Shown: positions 1-13,300, counted from the first letter of the whole stretch. The stretch: 63,877 nt of DNA, filler included, from Bigelowiella natans CCMP2755 (GCA_000320545.1; 5 parts of 5 records of this genome joined end to end with filler, not necessarily neighbours in it), one strand, 5' to 3'. The notes: generated from the sequence alone by a model not told the origin. Translations and numbers: made by a program.

Positions 1-89
1 GACAACCTGCACATGATGCTCGACGTTAAGTCTGGCTCCGAAATCCTATACGTCGGCGACCACATGTACTATTCCCAACGAAGAAAGAA

Positions 90-164
<75 letters not shown>

Positions 165-513
165 AAAAAAGAAACAGGGAGCGTTAGCAGCGCGAGTGAG
201 TGAATGCCATGATACATCAGGTACTCGGATGTAATCCGGTCCAAGAGGGATCTTGGCTGGCGCACGATGATGGTCATCCCAGAGCTGCTTCACGAGATTG
301 ACCGAATGGAGAGCCCGTTGGCTCAGCGAGAGTACAAAGCTATTCGAGAATTGTAAGTGTGCCTTTCGCAGTCATCACCACCATCACCATCACCATCATC
401 ATACCGTCATCATCAGCAGCAGCACCTTCATCATCATCACGCTGTATTTTAATGCATCTATCATCGTAGTTTTCGTCATCATCATCATCATCGTCATCAT
501 CATCGTCACCATT

Positions 514-544
<31 letters not shown>

Positions 545-585
545 CCATGTGTTTGAATGCTCTGTGGGCCTACCACAGTAGCTAC

Positions 586-632
<47 letters not shown>

Positions 633-804
633 TATATTCGATATATAAATTTTATTAGTTCTATGCAGCGTCCTGACCCTGCTATCCCCCTCCCCCCCCC
701 CTCCCTGCAAAAAAACTCATCAGGTATTACCAAAGGGCTTCTCAGGAAGATCACATTAATGAGCTTGCTGTTAAGCTGGCGTACATGGAGGATGAGGGTA
801 TTAT

Positions 805-841
<37 letters not shown>

Positions 842-853
842 GACAGACACATA

Positions 854-898
<45 letters not shown>

Positions 899-1602
899 GT
901 ACAATTTTGCATATTTTTCATCTTCATCATCATATCTGAGCGTATAGATCTTGAATATAGCCAAAACCATTGTTTCTGTGGCGGAAAATATAGGAATCGA
1001 GGAAGTGGAGGAGGGGGCGACACAAGAGGACTACAAAGACGCCCTTGAAATGGTACACGATGATGGTGGTGGTGGTTTGCCGGGGCGTCCATCAGCGATA
1101 GATACCCCAACTACCTACCTTCAAGCTAAAACAACGGAAAAAAAACAGGTAGAATGAACAGCTTGCGGGAACTCGAACGGAGCTCCGCGACCGCGTGAAG
1201 GCCTACCATGAGATGTACCACCCGATCTGGGGGCAGCTCTTCAAGACCGGGCTGCAGAACTCTATCTTCGCTTCCCACGTGGAGAAGTACGCTAAATCGT
1301 CGACGTTTTTTTTTCAATTAATGTCAATAACAAAAAAAGGAAATCATGTTCGTGTGCGTTGATTCAATGGCTGTCTGGTCGCTCCCCCCCCCCCCCCTCC
1401 TCCCCCCCCCCGTTGCTCCCCCTCGGTGACATCCAGGTACGCGTGCTTGTACACTTCGCATGCCAGCAACTTCCGGTTCGTGTCCCCGACGTGCAACTTT
1501 AGATGTATGGCGGATCTTCTTCCCCATGACGGCCTCAGGAGGGCAGTGCCAAACCCTCTATCAAGGGACAAAGGCGATGTTAAAGCAGACAATAGTATAT
1601 AG
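1..1602 (+). CDS. HAD-superfamily cytosolic 5'-nucleotidase (NT5C2/cN-II family), 5'-truncated, spliced
   Basis: Exons 1-65, 221-352, 724-797, 961-1052, 1162-1286 and 1437-1602 join through GT-AG introns in frame. They give the family motifs [41 protein letters not shown] and VEKYACLYTSHASNF...LLPHD. Stop TAG at 1600-1602. Confidence 0.9.
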
Positions 1603-2261
1603 CTTGTTGTAGATGAAGCTTGATTTAATAGCGTGCAGCCACACAGCATTTTAGTGACCCATTTAACTAAGTGTTATTGAGACGGTTTCGGTTTAGCGTC
1701 GCTTGTGCATGTGGCATGGCGCCATGCACGGTTGACTGGCATGAATGTGTGAGTGCACACATGCTAATTGTGATAACTATAGCATGCGAAATTCTATATT
1801 TAAGAGCGGAACGGTCATAATGTGTGCTTGCAAGCTTGCTACATGCGCCTTTGTTCCGCCATGTGCAATGTGTGCACAAGCGGGTTCTCATCGATGGCAC
1901 GTGAGACGCATGGTTGCATGCTAGCTAGCATGGCGATCTACGCAACAATATTTCATTGCATGCTCGCGCACATGCCAAAATGAATCACATGACACTACGT
2001 GCTGACGAATTTCTCCACTAGTGCACACAAGCAGCAGCTGCCGCTCCCGTGCTAGTGTTCGCGGACGATCGAGTTGAACGCGTGCAATTTGACTTGATTG
2101 TTGCCGGATGTGAACAAAAAGTAAAAGCAACAGCACAGCATCAAGATGGCAGCTTGGTACCGAGTTTCGAAATGTTGATGGCATGGCAATGTCGAGCGTG
2201 ACGATGCTCACTCATTTGTTCCGAAATTCAAGGGAACATTGTTCATTGTTCAAGAGAAGCC

Positions 2262-2729
2262 ATGCTGTCTAGCTGTGTGCTCAGTCACGCTATTGCCATT
2301 TCCACAATGCCAGACGAATCCCTGCAAGACGTTCCGAAAAACCGCAAGCATTTCCATGAGACTATCATATCCGTAAAAAGGACTTCTATTTCGATGTTAC
2401 GACAAGCATTCTGTCAAGGCGCTCTTATTCCTCGGAAAGTCCAAAGTTACCCGTATGGAGGAAGAATGAACGCGGTGGCTCGCTACTATTTGCTGATCAT
2501 CAATGCTGTTTCCGCTTTCGTTTTCGTTGCGGATAAATTCAATTCGAAACTGGGTTGGCGGCGCATCCCTGAGAAGACTCTGCTGCTTTGTAGCTTACTT
2601 GGAGGCGCGCCGGCTGGGTTAGCAACGATGTACATTTTCCGTCACAAGACAGCAAAAACTTCTTTCAAGATTCCCATGTGTCTGGCTACAACAGCGTGCT
2701 TTGCATGGCTGGCCTTTGTTATATTCTAA
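2262..2729 (+). CDS. DUF1294 (YsdA-like) small membrane protein, intronless; start codon uncertain (2262, or later ATGs such as 2466)
   Basis: IINAVSAFVFVADK...WRRIPEKTLLLCSLLGGAPAGLATMYIFRHKTAKTSF matches the DUF1294 signature (DK, RIPE, GG..G, RHKT.K). Confidence 0.85.
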   Translation: MLSSCVLSHAIAISTMPDESLQDVPKNRKHFHETIISVKRTSISMLRQAFCQGALIPRKVQSYPYGGRMNAVARYYLLIINAVSAFVFVADKFNSKLGWRRIPEKTLLLCSLLGGAPAGLATMYIFRHKTAKTSFKIPMCLATTACFAWLAFVIF

Positions 2730-3512
2730 AATTAATTCATAATTGGGAGAGCTGAAATATTCATGCGCTCTTCTTTCTACAACTTCGAATGGTTGTTATC
2801 ATCGTCGCAGACTCTGTGCACTGTTACTAGCAATGTCTGCATGAAACATAGCTACTTCTTTCTCCACATAAAAAAGCATACCGGAACAGTGCATGATAAA
2901 AAATGATAAACAAGACAGCATAACCAACTTAAAAGGATTGATTTGTATGCGTGCCTTGCGACAGTTAAAATTTCAAAATAATGAAAAGGAGTCTGCTACT
3001 ACCTGTATTGAGCCTTATGCACATATTCCAAATTTTGGGATGTGTGTGTATGTGCTTCCCGAATCTTGCGACCAGTATTGTTAGAACTTATTTGATCATT
3101 GTAGGCTTGTAGTTCATTGCAGCGTGTAGCGCATATACACGCCCATATGAAGCAGTACGCGTGATGTGGCTGCGTGTACGATACCACCGAAATGAAAGTC
3201 CATAGCTGCACAAGTACATATCTCACGTCAGTGCAATCATCATAATATGTTGCGTTGTGCCAGACAGCTAGAGCTGCTGATTTACGCATGTCAGATGCAT
3301 CATTTACCTAATTTACACGCGCATGAAAATGCATGTAATGTTGCGAAGTTACGTCATACGTACTAAAATGCGCGCGCTATGCTTATCGCACTTAGCAGCA
3401 GCCTGCTGGTGTGTGAAGTGCATGGATGCTTCTGTAGATTAATTTCTTAAACACTGTGCAATGTTACGTAAACGTGGGGTAACGCTCGCGGTGCACAAAT
3501 ATGGCTCTACGA

Positions 3513-4804
3513 CTACCAATACTCTTTATTATTCGGATGCCACAACTGTTTGGAATCGTAACCAGGAGCTCTCATCTTCCACCTGAACGGCTTCTTCTTT
3601 GAGCGGAGCTGCTTGTTAATGTGCCATGTGGTTAAGAACCCGCCATGTATCTGACCAACCACTCAGTATATCAGCTGCTACTGAAATAAAAATGTATAAA
3701 TCCACGTACATCTAGCAGCTCGATCTCAAATTTGACAGGTGAGTCCGGCTGCACGCCCCAGTCGGGAAATCCTTCTGGAGGAGGACATTTGTAGCAGGGG
3801 TTGTAAGCGTTGAGATAATGTAAGAGATGTTCGGGGAGAGTGTGTGTGTGTGTGTATTGGGAATGGTATTTTCTCGTTCCTCAGAGTAGGAACTCACAAC
3901 ATCGAATGCACGTAGGCACTCTTCAGATGCAGCATGGTTCTACAAGGGGTCATCACCGGAAAGAGAGGAGAAATTGTGGTCAGAGCGAAGACAAATATCG
4001 ATGAAAAAATTCATCTTGCATCGACGAGTTTCGCGGCGAGATATATTTTAAAATATATACATATTTTCAAATATAGATTTTGGAGTGATAGAATGAAGTT
4101 CTCATGAGCGTGTATGTATATTTCAAGTGCGCGCGCGCGATGGCTGTATAGACCTTTTCCATACGCATAATCGGGGGCAACTACTATGCAAGCCTTTTCT
4201 CCAACCTAGAAACAAATTTCGATTTGAGATCATTGTGCAGGATTGAGCTGAGATAATCCACGCTACTTTCATCGTCATGAGAACTTCGTCGAACGCTGCT
4301 ATCACTTGCCGTGTTCCGACTTCCACATGGAACGGTTTCGCGGTCTGAGTTGTGTATCATCTTCTCTTTACATGTGTTCGAAGCAAATCATCAAGAAGGA
4401 AGTGCACGTACGTCTCCTCCATCGTGAGAACTCCAGAATTTCTTGCTGAAAGAACATACGCAAGTGTCAATGATAGACGGCAAAGTCAGTAAAATGACAA
4501 TATTCGTGCAACTTTATGTTTCCGTCTTTGCCAAATCCAGTCGCATGCACGGTGGCACCCTACAGAGTGGCCAAAAAAATGCGGCGTTAGAAGTTAGCGC
4601 AGAATCTGCTGGATTATTATTTGTACGACGAAGTACCATGCCGATTTTGGGAGACGGACCATATCCTTCCCGCAATATCTGGCAAGGTGCTGTAGTAAGG
4701 AGATGAAGTTTTAACTCAATGAATCTTATGACAACCTTCTTCACAAATCCACTCTTTGGAGGTTCCACCAGGGGAAATGGTGCCAAATAACCTAAAATCA
4801 TCGT

Positions 4805-4842
<38 letters not shown>

Positions 4843-5343
4843 CAACGAGGAGCTTGTGAATGTTCTTCTGCAATTACCGTCAATATCATGTTTCCACCTA
4901 CGCTGCCTCCCCTTTTCCTCCCATTCCACATGAGCGGAGATGTTTCTCATGAGATCTAGCCCTGCCGGTAACCTTTTGCACAAATGTGTTGGTCATCATA
5001 AAGAAGTAATGGGGGGCTGGGTAAACCTACTCGAAGTATTCCGTGGACTCGTCCACGTCTTCTTTGTCCGCCTCCTCCTCCTCGACTTCTACTCCGTATA
5101 TTGATTTCTCTGGGAAAGTGAAGATATCACCCCCTTGGCTGCCGCGTCCTCCCCGCAGTCCAGCGATCCTTCTTGCGTTGATCTTCTCCGCCATCTTTAA
5201 AGAGGGGGTAAATGTGTTATTGAATTTGAAAAATAACAAAACTTGGGAGAACTAAAAAATACCTTTCTCACGCACTCTGAGGAAGACGAGGCGGTTGAAG
5301 CGGTGGCTAAGAGAGCCAGCGTCGCGCAGAGCAGCGGTTGCAT
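3513..5343 (-). CDS. FKBP-type peptidyl-prolyl cis-trans isomerase (plant/algal FKBP12-like core) with N-terminal signal peptide and acidic linker
   Basis: About 11 small exons splice in frame: MQPLLCATLALLATAS... / ILREGYGPSPKIGM / GATVHATGFGKDGNINKKFWSSHD / PFHVEVGTRQVIAAFDEVLMTMK / VGEKACIVVAPDYAYGK / GFPDWGVQPDSPVKFEIELLD / IHGG...EYW*. Confidence 0.9.
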
Positions 5344-5832
5344 CCCTGGTATTGGTCGCCATGTTAAGTGCGAAAAAACTATCTGAACGCGCGTTGATGG
5401 CAAACACACCTACCTTCAGAAACGATTATTTGAATGCCTTGGTGTGCAGCTGCCGATTCGTTCCGGGCATGAACACACCTCTTTCAAGGTGCACTCTCGG
5501 ACGCGGGGCGGCTTGGAATTGCGGTGCTGCTGTGCTCAGTTTGCGTCCCCCTGTTCTCCCCTCACAGCGGCAAGGCTTCGATACTGCCGTACAGCCCCAA
5601 CACCGAATTAGGGCTGAAAAACTAAGTCGCAGGGAGAAAACCGCCTTCAAATACAATTCTATCTATTTTTGAGACGCAGGGGGAAAACGGCATGCGTTTC
5701 ATCGTACATCCGCGCCATCCCCCACATTTGAATATTTTTGAAAAAAAATACACGTTCTGCCTTCAGCCCGGCGCTCCCTCCTCCCCCCCCCCCCTCCCCC
5801 CCTCCCCCTCCCTCCATCCTGGCAAGAATTTC

Positions 5833-6963
5833 ATGACCGATAGAGAATCGAAGCAGTTGTTGGAACCAGGTAGTGATACGTTGGTTGGCTCGTGAATGGT
5901 TAGAAGCCTGTTGTTTCTTAAAAGCTAGTCATTTCGTGCTGATTGGTCATTGACGCCCTGTTTCCCCGTGCGCAGATGAGGAGCGAGATGGGAAGAACGC
6001 CAGGACTCGTTACAGCCCCTTCCTTCGTATATTCTTTTCAGAATTTTACGGAACATTCATTGTATCGATGATGACAACAGGTTCAGCTTCATTGGCACGA
6101 TCACCAAAAATGCTGGATGGGGGGGGGATTGATTCGCTTTTGTCCTTTCATAGGTGCTCTCTTGCTCAGCTCCAATATCACAAATGAGGTCACCACATTC
6201 TAGCGACTTGGCCCTTGAGATCAATGAGACGAGCGTTTGGAAATTGTCAGGTGGCGACGGTGGAAAGATTGCTGATGTGCTCGCTTACGTACGGTTGCTC
6301 TTTCGGAGTTGCGTTTTATGCCCTTTCCTTCGCTCAGTCAGATGCAAGGTAGGAAATGAAGATATGCGAGTATGATAATGGGCCTGAACTACCTGCACTG
6401 CTTCAACCTTTTATCCGATTTCCATGAATTCATAAAACACGTAGTTATGGACTAGCGACGGTTAACCTTCGGCAGCTGAACCCCGGTAACGGAGTTTGGT
6501 TAGAGACGACGTTCCACCTTCTTTCTAATCTGTTATCTTCATCATCTCATATCATTTACTTTCTGTGCGGGTATATTCTGTACCACCACAGCTAAAATTT
6601 AACTGAAAACCTTGCCGTTTGGTAGCTGTAACGCTCTGTGTTGCGCTAATGGGCGTCTGTGGACTCGGGAATCTTGGCCCGCACAGGACTCATATACGAG
6701 TAGGAGATCATCAGGTTACCGATTGCTTTCTCCGTTTCGCAGCTTGGCCAGTGGAAATATTGTATCCTTTGCATTCGTTTGAACAAGGTTCCTGCGCAAC
6801 CCCCATTAAATGCGATCGTTAATTTTAGGTAAAGGCCGCTGCGAAGACCGTTCAACTTTCCATGGCCCTTTTCGTCCTCATAGCCCAGCTGTGCGGGAAC
6901 TTTGTAGGCGTATACTTTGCATTGGTACTGCCGCAAAAGGATGTAGATCTTGAGGCCTATGTT

Positions 6964-7001
<38 letters not shown>

Positions 7002-7360
7002 TTGTGCTAATGGGGGGGGCGGGTCGGTGGTCCTCATTTTGACTTCTGATACGGCCCCACATCAGAATGTGATATCTAACGGTTATGAGCTGAATCCGAA
7101 CATCTCTTTGGATGGCGTGACGGAGGACATGAAATGGGTATAGGAGTATGAATACTAACAAGAGCGGCTAGACACAATACAATGCTGGCTGTGCTGCGAC
7201 TCTTCCAACACCGTGCATGTTGGTCTTTCGTTGCAGGTGAGCGGCGCTCTTGTGAGCTGCGTAGCTATTCTCACGATAGTAGCGGTATGCCACCACCCTG
7301 ATAGCAAAGCAAAGGTAGTAACAATAGTTCTCCCCTCGGTCACCCCCACCCTGCACACAG

Positions 7361-7410
<50 letters not shown>

Positions 7411-8002
7411 CATTTAACGAGAAGAGAAACAGAGAATACGACCTTGTTATTCAGCCCCGGGCAACGAAAGTTGTTTTGCAATGCACAAGCAAGCACTAAT
7501 TCAGACGCATAAATTTCAGTTTCTTCGGGAAAGAAACGTGAGGTCGATTCGAGAAGACACGCCGCTGAGCCTCTTCGAAGTGCGTGAGCTCTACCGATCA
7601 GTCGCTCTCTAACGTCTTTCGCATTCACGATGCAGCCCTTACAGAACGGTCAATTTAGGTGAATAGCCTGTTATCGGCCGGGACGATTTTCGCTTGCACT
7701 CTGGTACGATACGATAGAATTCTCCTCTGACCGGTGTCCAACCTGCATCGCGGTGTCCGCGTAAAAATGGTGATATATTTTATATCGAGAGAATATCCTA
7801 CTCTGAGCCAGCGGTTGATGTGTGAACGCAAAACCAGGCTTCATGCGCGATTATGGGCTCTGTGATGGACCCGTTTCAGCACATCTGGCTGTCTTGGCTG
7901 TCTCCCGAGGCCGATCTGGACATGGCGCTTTCTATTGCCCCCTTCCTCGGCGCTGCCGGCTCCGTCGTGTTCTCCGCGTGCCTTCCGAAATACGGAAGCT
8001 AG
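5833..8002 (+). CDS. Major intrinsic protein (aquaporin-like), divergent
   Basis: Spliced exons give FFSEFYGTFIVS (TM1 'AEF.GT' motif), QLNPAVTL (first NPA, split by an intron at ~6485), LIAQLCG (TM3), GSVMDPF (second NPA position) and IAPFLGAA (TM6). Some internal exon borders are uncertain. Confidence 0.8.
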
Positions 8003-8062
8003 TGGCGGCGTCAATTGCGAAAGAGACGCGTGAATGCAGCGCTAACCCTAACCCTCCCTGGC

Positions 8063-8097
<35 letters not shown>

Positions 8098-8922
8098 CGT
8101 CGTCCTTGTTGTTGTCGTCGTGTAGGCGATAGCTCGCAGTTCATGTGTCTAATAAAATTTAGGTGGTGATGCACATCTCATTCGAGTCCGTGCATCGTAC
8201 GTATGCGTACCGTAGATCGGATTAGCAGAGATTAGTATGTTCTATTATTTTCATTGCCTATGTGCGGGGCCTAGAAGTGTATCGTAGCGGGAAGAGACTC
8301 GTATGTATGTGCATGCTCCTCGCACGCGCGCTATAAATGCGCTAGTATACTAGCATACTAGCGCTCATCACTGCAGAACTTATTGCATGTGATCCTGGGC
8401 GCCTCGAGCGCCGCTAGGTCGCGTTGCTATCTGTACACTATCGCGACCAGCCAGCTCTGGAGCTAGCGCTTTGGCTAGGTGGGCAAGTGATACGAGCGCG
8501 AAGGTATATGTTGCGTGCAAAGCCAAACCGATTATACGATATGAAAGTCTGCAATATACTGGCTCACATGCGCACATGTGTCATGAGCACGTAATCATAG
8601 GTGCTGCTGGTAACCTCTAGCTGATTATGAGCTTCGGCCACCTGATCTTCTTATATACTAGTATACACTTAATCGCATGTTGTACATTGCCGGTATAGCG
8701 CGCGCCGAAAATAGCAGCATTCGCAAGTCGATCGCAAAAACAATCGGTGAAGGCTTGATGGGTGACGATCTAGCAATGATCACACATAAGACTACTGCTC
8801 TTGCTACATAAACGCATGTACACGTGCAAGAAGACAATGAGCGCACATAGTCCTCTTCTATCATGGCGTGCGCGTCACGCGTCTAGCATACACACAATCG
8901 GTTAGAAATAAGTAATAATGGC

Positions 8923-9327
8923 CTAGACCTGCTTCAACAAGCGCATGCCCACGCAGCTAATAAACGTCAAGCCAGATTCCAGCTGCTCATTATATGCACG
9001 CACATCTGCGCACATCTGGTTGCGGTACTTATTCTCCTGGCCCCAGGGACGTCCGTCATCACTCAGGAGTTTCGAAGCTGAACGGTACTCTGATCGATGG
9101 CAACCACACAAAAACCACAACGATATTGGTCAACGCGACACTTGGCACAACAATTATTCCCTGGGAAAAACATCGAGAAGTATATAAAAGAGTCTAAACC
9201 GGACCGATTTCAAGTTGGCTTGGTACACCCCGGGGATTTTCAAGGAAGAGCAAATTCTCCACGTTCGCTACGACGACATCAATCCCCTGATAAACAAACC
9301 CCCCCCCCCACCCACCCACCCCCCCCC

Positions 9328-9366
<39 letters not shown>

Positions 9367-9540
9367 CCCCCGGTTAACACATTCGCCTGCACGGGGCCAC
9401 AAACCGTTCCTTTATCAGAGGGGGGGGGGGGGGGGGGATAAAGATAGGCTCCTACATTCTCATCTTTCGGCTCAAAATCCAGGAAGAAGACGTACTCCCA
9501 GTGGACAGTGTCTTGGAGAACGGTGCCTATCGACGTCGAG
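8923..9540 (-). CDS. Possible spliced gene fragment or pseudogene of unknown function
   Basis: AG/GT-bounded open segments (GIDVVVANVENLLFLENPRG; EYRSASKLLSDDGRPWGQENKYRNQM...KQV*). No recognised motif and no clear start. Confidence 0.25.
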
Positions 9541-10235
9541 CGGGTCAGATATGCATGCGCGCGGCTGCTGTTGGCTCGGAACAGCTACTCAATATCGTCG
9601 GCCAGTAGCGGCTAGTAAAGGATTGTTAGCTACCCAGTGCAGAAGAAGAAGGGCGCGAGTCCAATTTCGTGACTGATATGAGAGCACCAACACGCAATCG
9701 AGTTTTATCGTCGTCATCGCTTGCTTCCAACACACATGGCGAGACAAATGAGAAAACTGGCCACTGGAGTACCGCCAACTCGCGTGCGCGCACAAAAAGC
9801 ACAAAGAAAGCACAAAAGGCATCGAAACGGAGTCACCATTCATTCCCCGGAGCGCGAAGCATGAGAGAACCTTGAACAATCCCTGCCGTGCACATTTAGG
9901 AGTTGATTAGTAACGTAACACTAACATCGCTACAACTACAACCACTACCACTTCTATTAATACCTGAGCCTCATTGTGCATCGTAATGGCTAACGTGCAT
10001 TTCAACGTGCTTGTTTGACTTCCTGAATTCGTGTGCAAGTAAGTCAACGAACGATACCGCACAACACATCTCTCATCAAACTGTTACTGCGGCAAACCGG
10101 GGCGCACCAACTTGCCTTCCCCCCCCCCCCCGACGAACGGAGGAGGATGCACATTAAGACGATACAAGAAATACACAACGAAGTAAATAAATAGACGACT
10201 ACCCCGTTACGTAGAGTACGAACGACTCTCTCCCC

Positions 10236-10335
10236 NNNNNNNNNNNNNNNNNNNNNNNNNNNNNNNNNNNNNNNNNNNNTTAATTAATTAANNNNNNNNN
10301 NNNNNNNNNNNNNNNNNNNNNNNNNNNNNNNNNNN
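10236..10335. other. Assembly linker (N44-TTAATTAATTAA-N44); same linker at 32406-32505, 61491-61590 and 62762-62861
   Basis: Identical 100-bp blocks with a stop-codon spacer. Adjacency across them is not guaranteed. Confidence 0.95.
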
Positions 10336-10346
10336 GACGACCCAGG

Positions 10347-13300
10347 ATGACGATCAGGCAGCTCAACGAACACTACGAGAAGTTAAAGAGAAAGAAAGGC
10401 AGAGGACAAGGATATAACAACAGCAAATGGCAAGGCAGCAACAACGGGAAGAACAATAAATATAAGAACAAAAAGCAGAACAGTATCAATGCTATACAGC
10501 AGCAGATAAACGGAATATTAGATCACCTTAAGCAGGCGCCGACGAAGACAGCAGTACCAGCAACGCAGGACCAAGACAAGCCCATGACCCTAGACGACAT
10601 AAAGAACTTAGGAGTATGCAACATTAATGACGAAGACGCTAACAGGACTATCAAAGTTGCTATGACCAAGGTTAAAGTTAAAGACAGCTACGGAGACTAC
10701 AAGAAACTACCTGCCCTTTGGGATAGTGGCAGCATGCCGAAGTCCTTCATAAGCCTAAGCACAGTAAGAAGGTTAGGACTATTGGATCAAGTGACTAAGA
10801 AAGAACGTAAATATGCTCAAGCAGACGGAAGCTCTTCCATGAAGACCGTCGGTGAGCTAATGCTAAAGCTACAGATACCTGGCAGCGACGCGGAGACCCA
10901 AATCAAGACCCGAGTAGCCATGACTTTATCCATGGAACTACTCCTCGGACAGGATGCCCTAGAAAAATTAGGGGGGATCATATCATTCTACAATCACAAG
11001 ATATACTTTGCTAAGTTGCCAAAGAAGTCAGGCAGGACCATCAGCCAGAACATGATACGGCTTGACGAGTGGACCTCTGAGTCAAGCGTTAATGCGTTAG
11101 AGTTTATGGACCTAGCGGACAACAAGCTACCTACACCTACCGAGCTACGGAAGAAGAACCCCGGCAAGACCATCCGACAGATAACGGAGCTACTGGACAA
11201 GACCCCCCCAGCTGATGATTGGGATATCGACAAAGGCAAAAAGTACATTAATAAAATATTAAACGAGAAGTACTCTGACATCACCAAGCCGACGACGAAG
11301 CCCTCCAGCAAGCTTACCCCAGTAAAGATCGAGCTAAAGAAGGGATACGAAGAGTGCATCATCAATGACCCAGAACATAGGCGACCGGAAGCGGACTGGG
11401 AAAAGATAGAGTGGCAGATCAATGAATGGGCAAAGGAAGGGAAGATAGAGCCAAGCAACTCACCATGGAACGTGAGACATGTGCTAGCTAAGAAACCTAC
11501 TTACCCTTTCTTCCGCCTGGCGCACAACTTCATCCGCCACAACCGAGTAATAAAGAGGATCCAGACACCTACACCAAGGATAGATGACGTTATTGAACAC
11601 GTCATAGGATACAAATACTACTCTTCCCTAGATAAAAATGAATCATACATGCAGACACCCATCCACAAAACCTCCCGCCCCATTACCGCGTTCTCCAGCA
11701 GGCACAGGAAGTGGCACTTCGTCGTATTCCCTTACGGCCTAAGCATATCAGGGGATGCGTTCAGTAGTCAGAACTACAGGGCATACACACATGATGGGAT
11801 GGCGTCTGTGTTGTGGGTGTTTGTGTTTGTGTATGTGGATGATGACATAATATGTACCAACACAGTCGTCGCTCAGATCTTCCTCCTGGAAAATATATTT
11901 ATTAGGTTTGCACACTTCGGTTTTACTATTAGACTGCAGAAGTGTACATTCCTAGCTACAAGAATCAAGTGGTGTGGATATTACCTGGAGCAAGGCCGCA
12001 TCACCCCAAACCCCGAGAAAGTAGCAGCACTACAGCAAGCCCCTAAACCTAAGAATGCAAAGGAGTTAAAGTCATTCTTGCAGACTGCAGCTTGGATACT
12101 ACGTAGGTTCTCCCCTACCTACGCTAGGACTGCAGCTGCTTTTACTACTGCTTACCGGAAGGAGAACTCTGTAGGCCTCAGCTTCGCTAAGGTGTGGGCC
12201 AAGGCTGGCCTTGATGCCCACTTCGATAACCTAATAAAGTTATGCAGCAACACCCTATTGAATGCTAAGCTAGACACTACTAGACCAGCTACCCTATGGA
12301 CAGACTGGTCTAAGCTAGGTATGGCTGCTGTACTTACCCAAGACCAGCAGATCATACGGGTGTGGGGCAGGGCCTGCACAGCAGCTGAGGCCAAGTACAG
12401 CCCTACAAAAGGAGAGTATAAAGCCATGACTGAGGCGCAGAGGAAACTAAGATACTACCTGCTGTCGGTGCCCAGCTTCACCTTAATGACTGACCACAAG
12501 CCCCTCCTAGGCATCGACCGCAAGCTCGAAGCGCCTAACGATGAGTATGCAGCTATGAGGGCGGACACGGAAGAGTTTAGGGACAAGAGGACAGTGGTCT
12601 ACGCACCAGGAGACAAGCAGCTTGCTGACTATTTCAGCAGGCTGTTCGAAAAGAAAGTCCCTACCCAGGTCACCCCTATGGTTAACGCGATTACCTTCGA
12701 GGACGGCGACTTCCTGCCTGAGCCAGAGGAGCTCCAGCACCTTCAAGAACACCTGGATAAATACAAACACAAGCATGAGGTACTTAGTGATAGGATATAT
12801 GTATACACTAATAATGTTAGGCGTACCTACGTGCCACGGCGGACCAGGGGAGCCCTTCTCTTTACCGCCCATGGACCTGCACACGTAGGAGAAAACCATA
12901 TCACTGCTCTACTCTACCATTACTACTGGCCCTACAAGCTAAAAGAGATAAGGACATACCTGCGTGGCTGCAGGTGCTCCAGCTTGAAGGCGGCAGGCGT
13001 CGCCACCAAGGAGTCCAGCAAGAGCCGTGCATCTAAGAAAATCAAAGCAAGGAACTTCTTAGATATCGTGCAAATTGATGTTTATAAGTACGATGGCTAT
13101 CACTACCTTACCTTCGTTGATGTGGCCACTGGAAAGTGCTGGGTTAAAAAGATTATCAAGGTCAACGTTGCTAAGAAGAACAAAGGCTTATATAAGCAGA
13201 GGCTTACTAACTGCTACCGTACCTGGGAGTCTGAGCTCCAGGCTATCCCTGATGAAGTTAGCATAAACAAGATACCAAAGAAGTTACATGTGGATAATGA

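Noticed and set aside
61-1445. Short direct repeats at intron borders of the nucleotidase gene (GTACT at 66/221, GTACGC at 1287/1437) suggesting introner-type insertion
   Set aside because: Not seen in introns of neighbouring genes, the introns share no sequence, and the repeats are compatible with splice consensus plus chance.
10082-10235. TGTTAC-starting segment as the 5' LTR of the Gypsy element
   Set aside because: No similarity to the 3' LTR at 14193-14519, and it lies across an artificial linker.
10280-10291. TTAATTAATTAA palindrome repeated four times within N runs
   Set aside because: Artificial contig linker, not biology.
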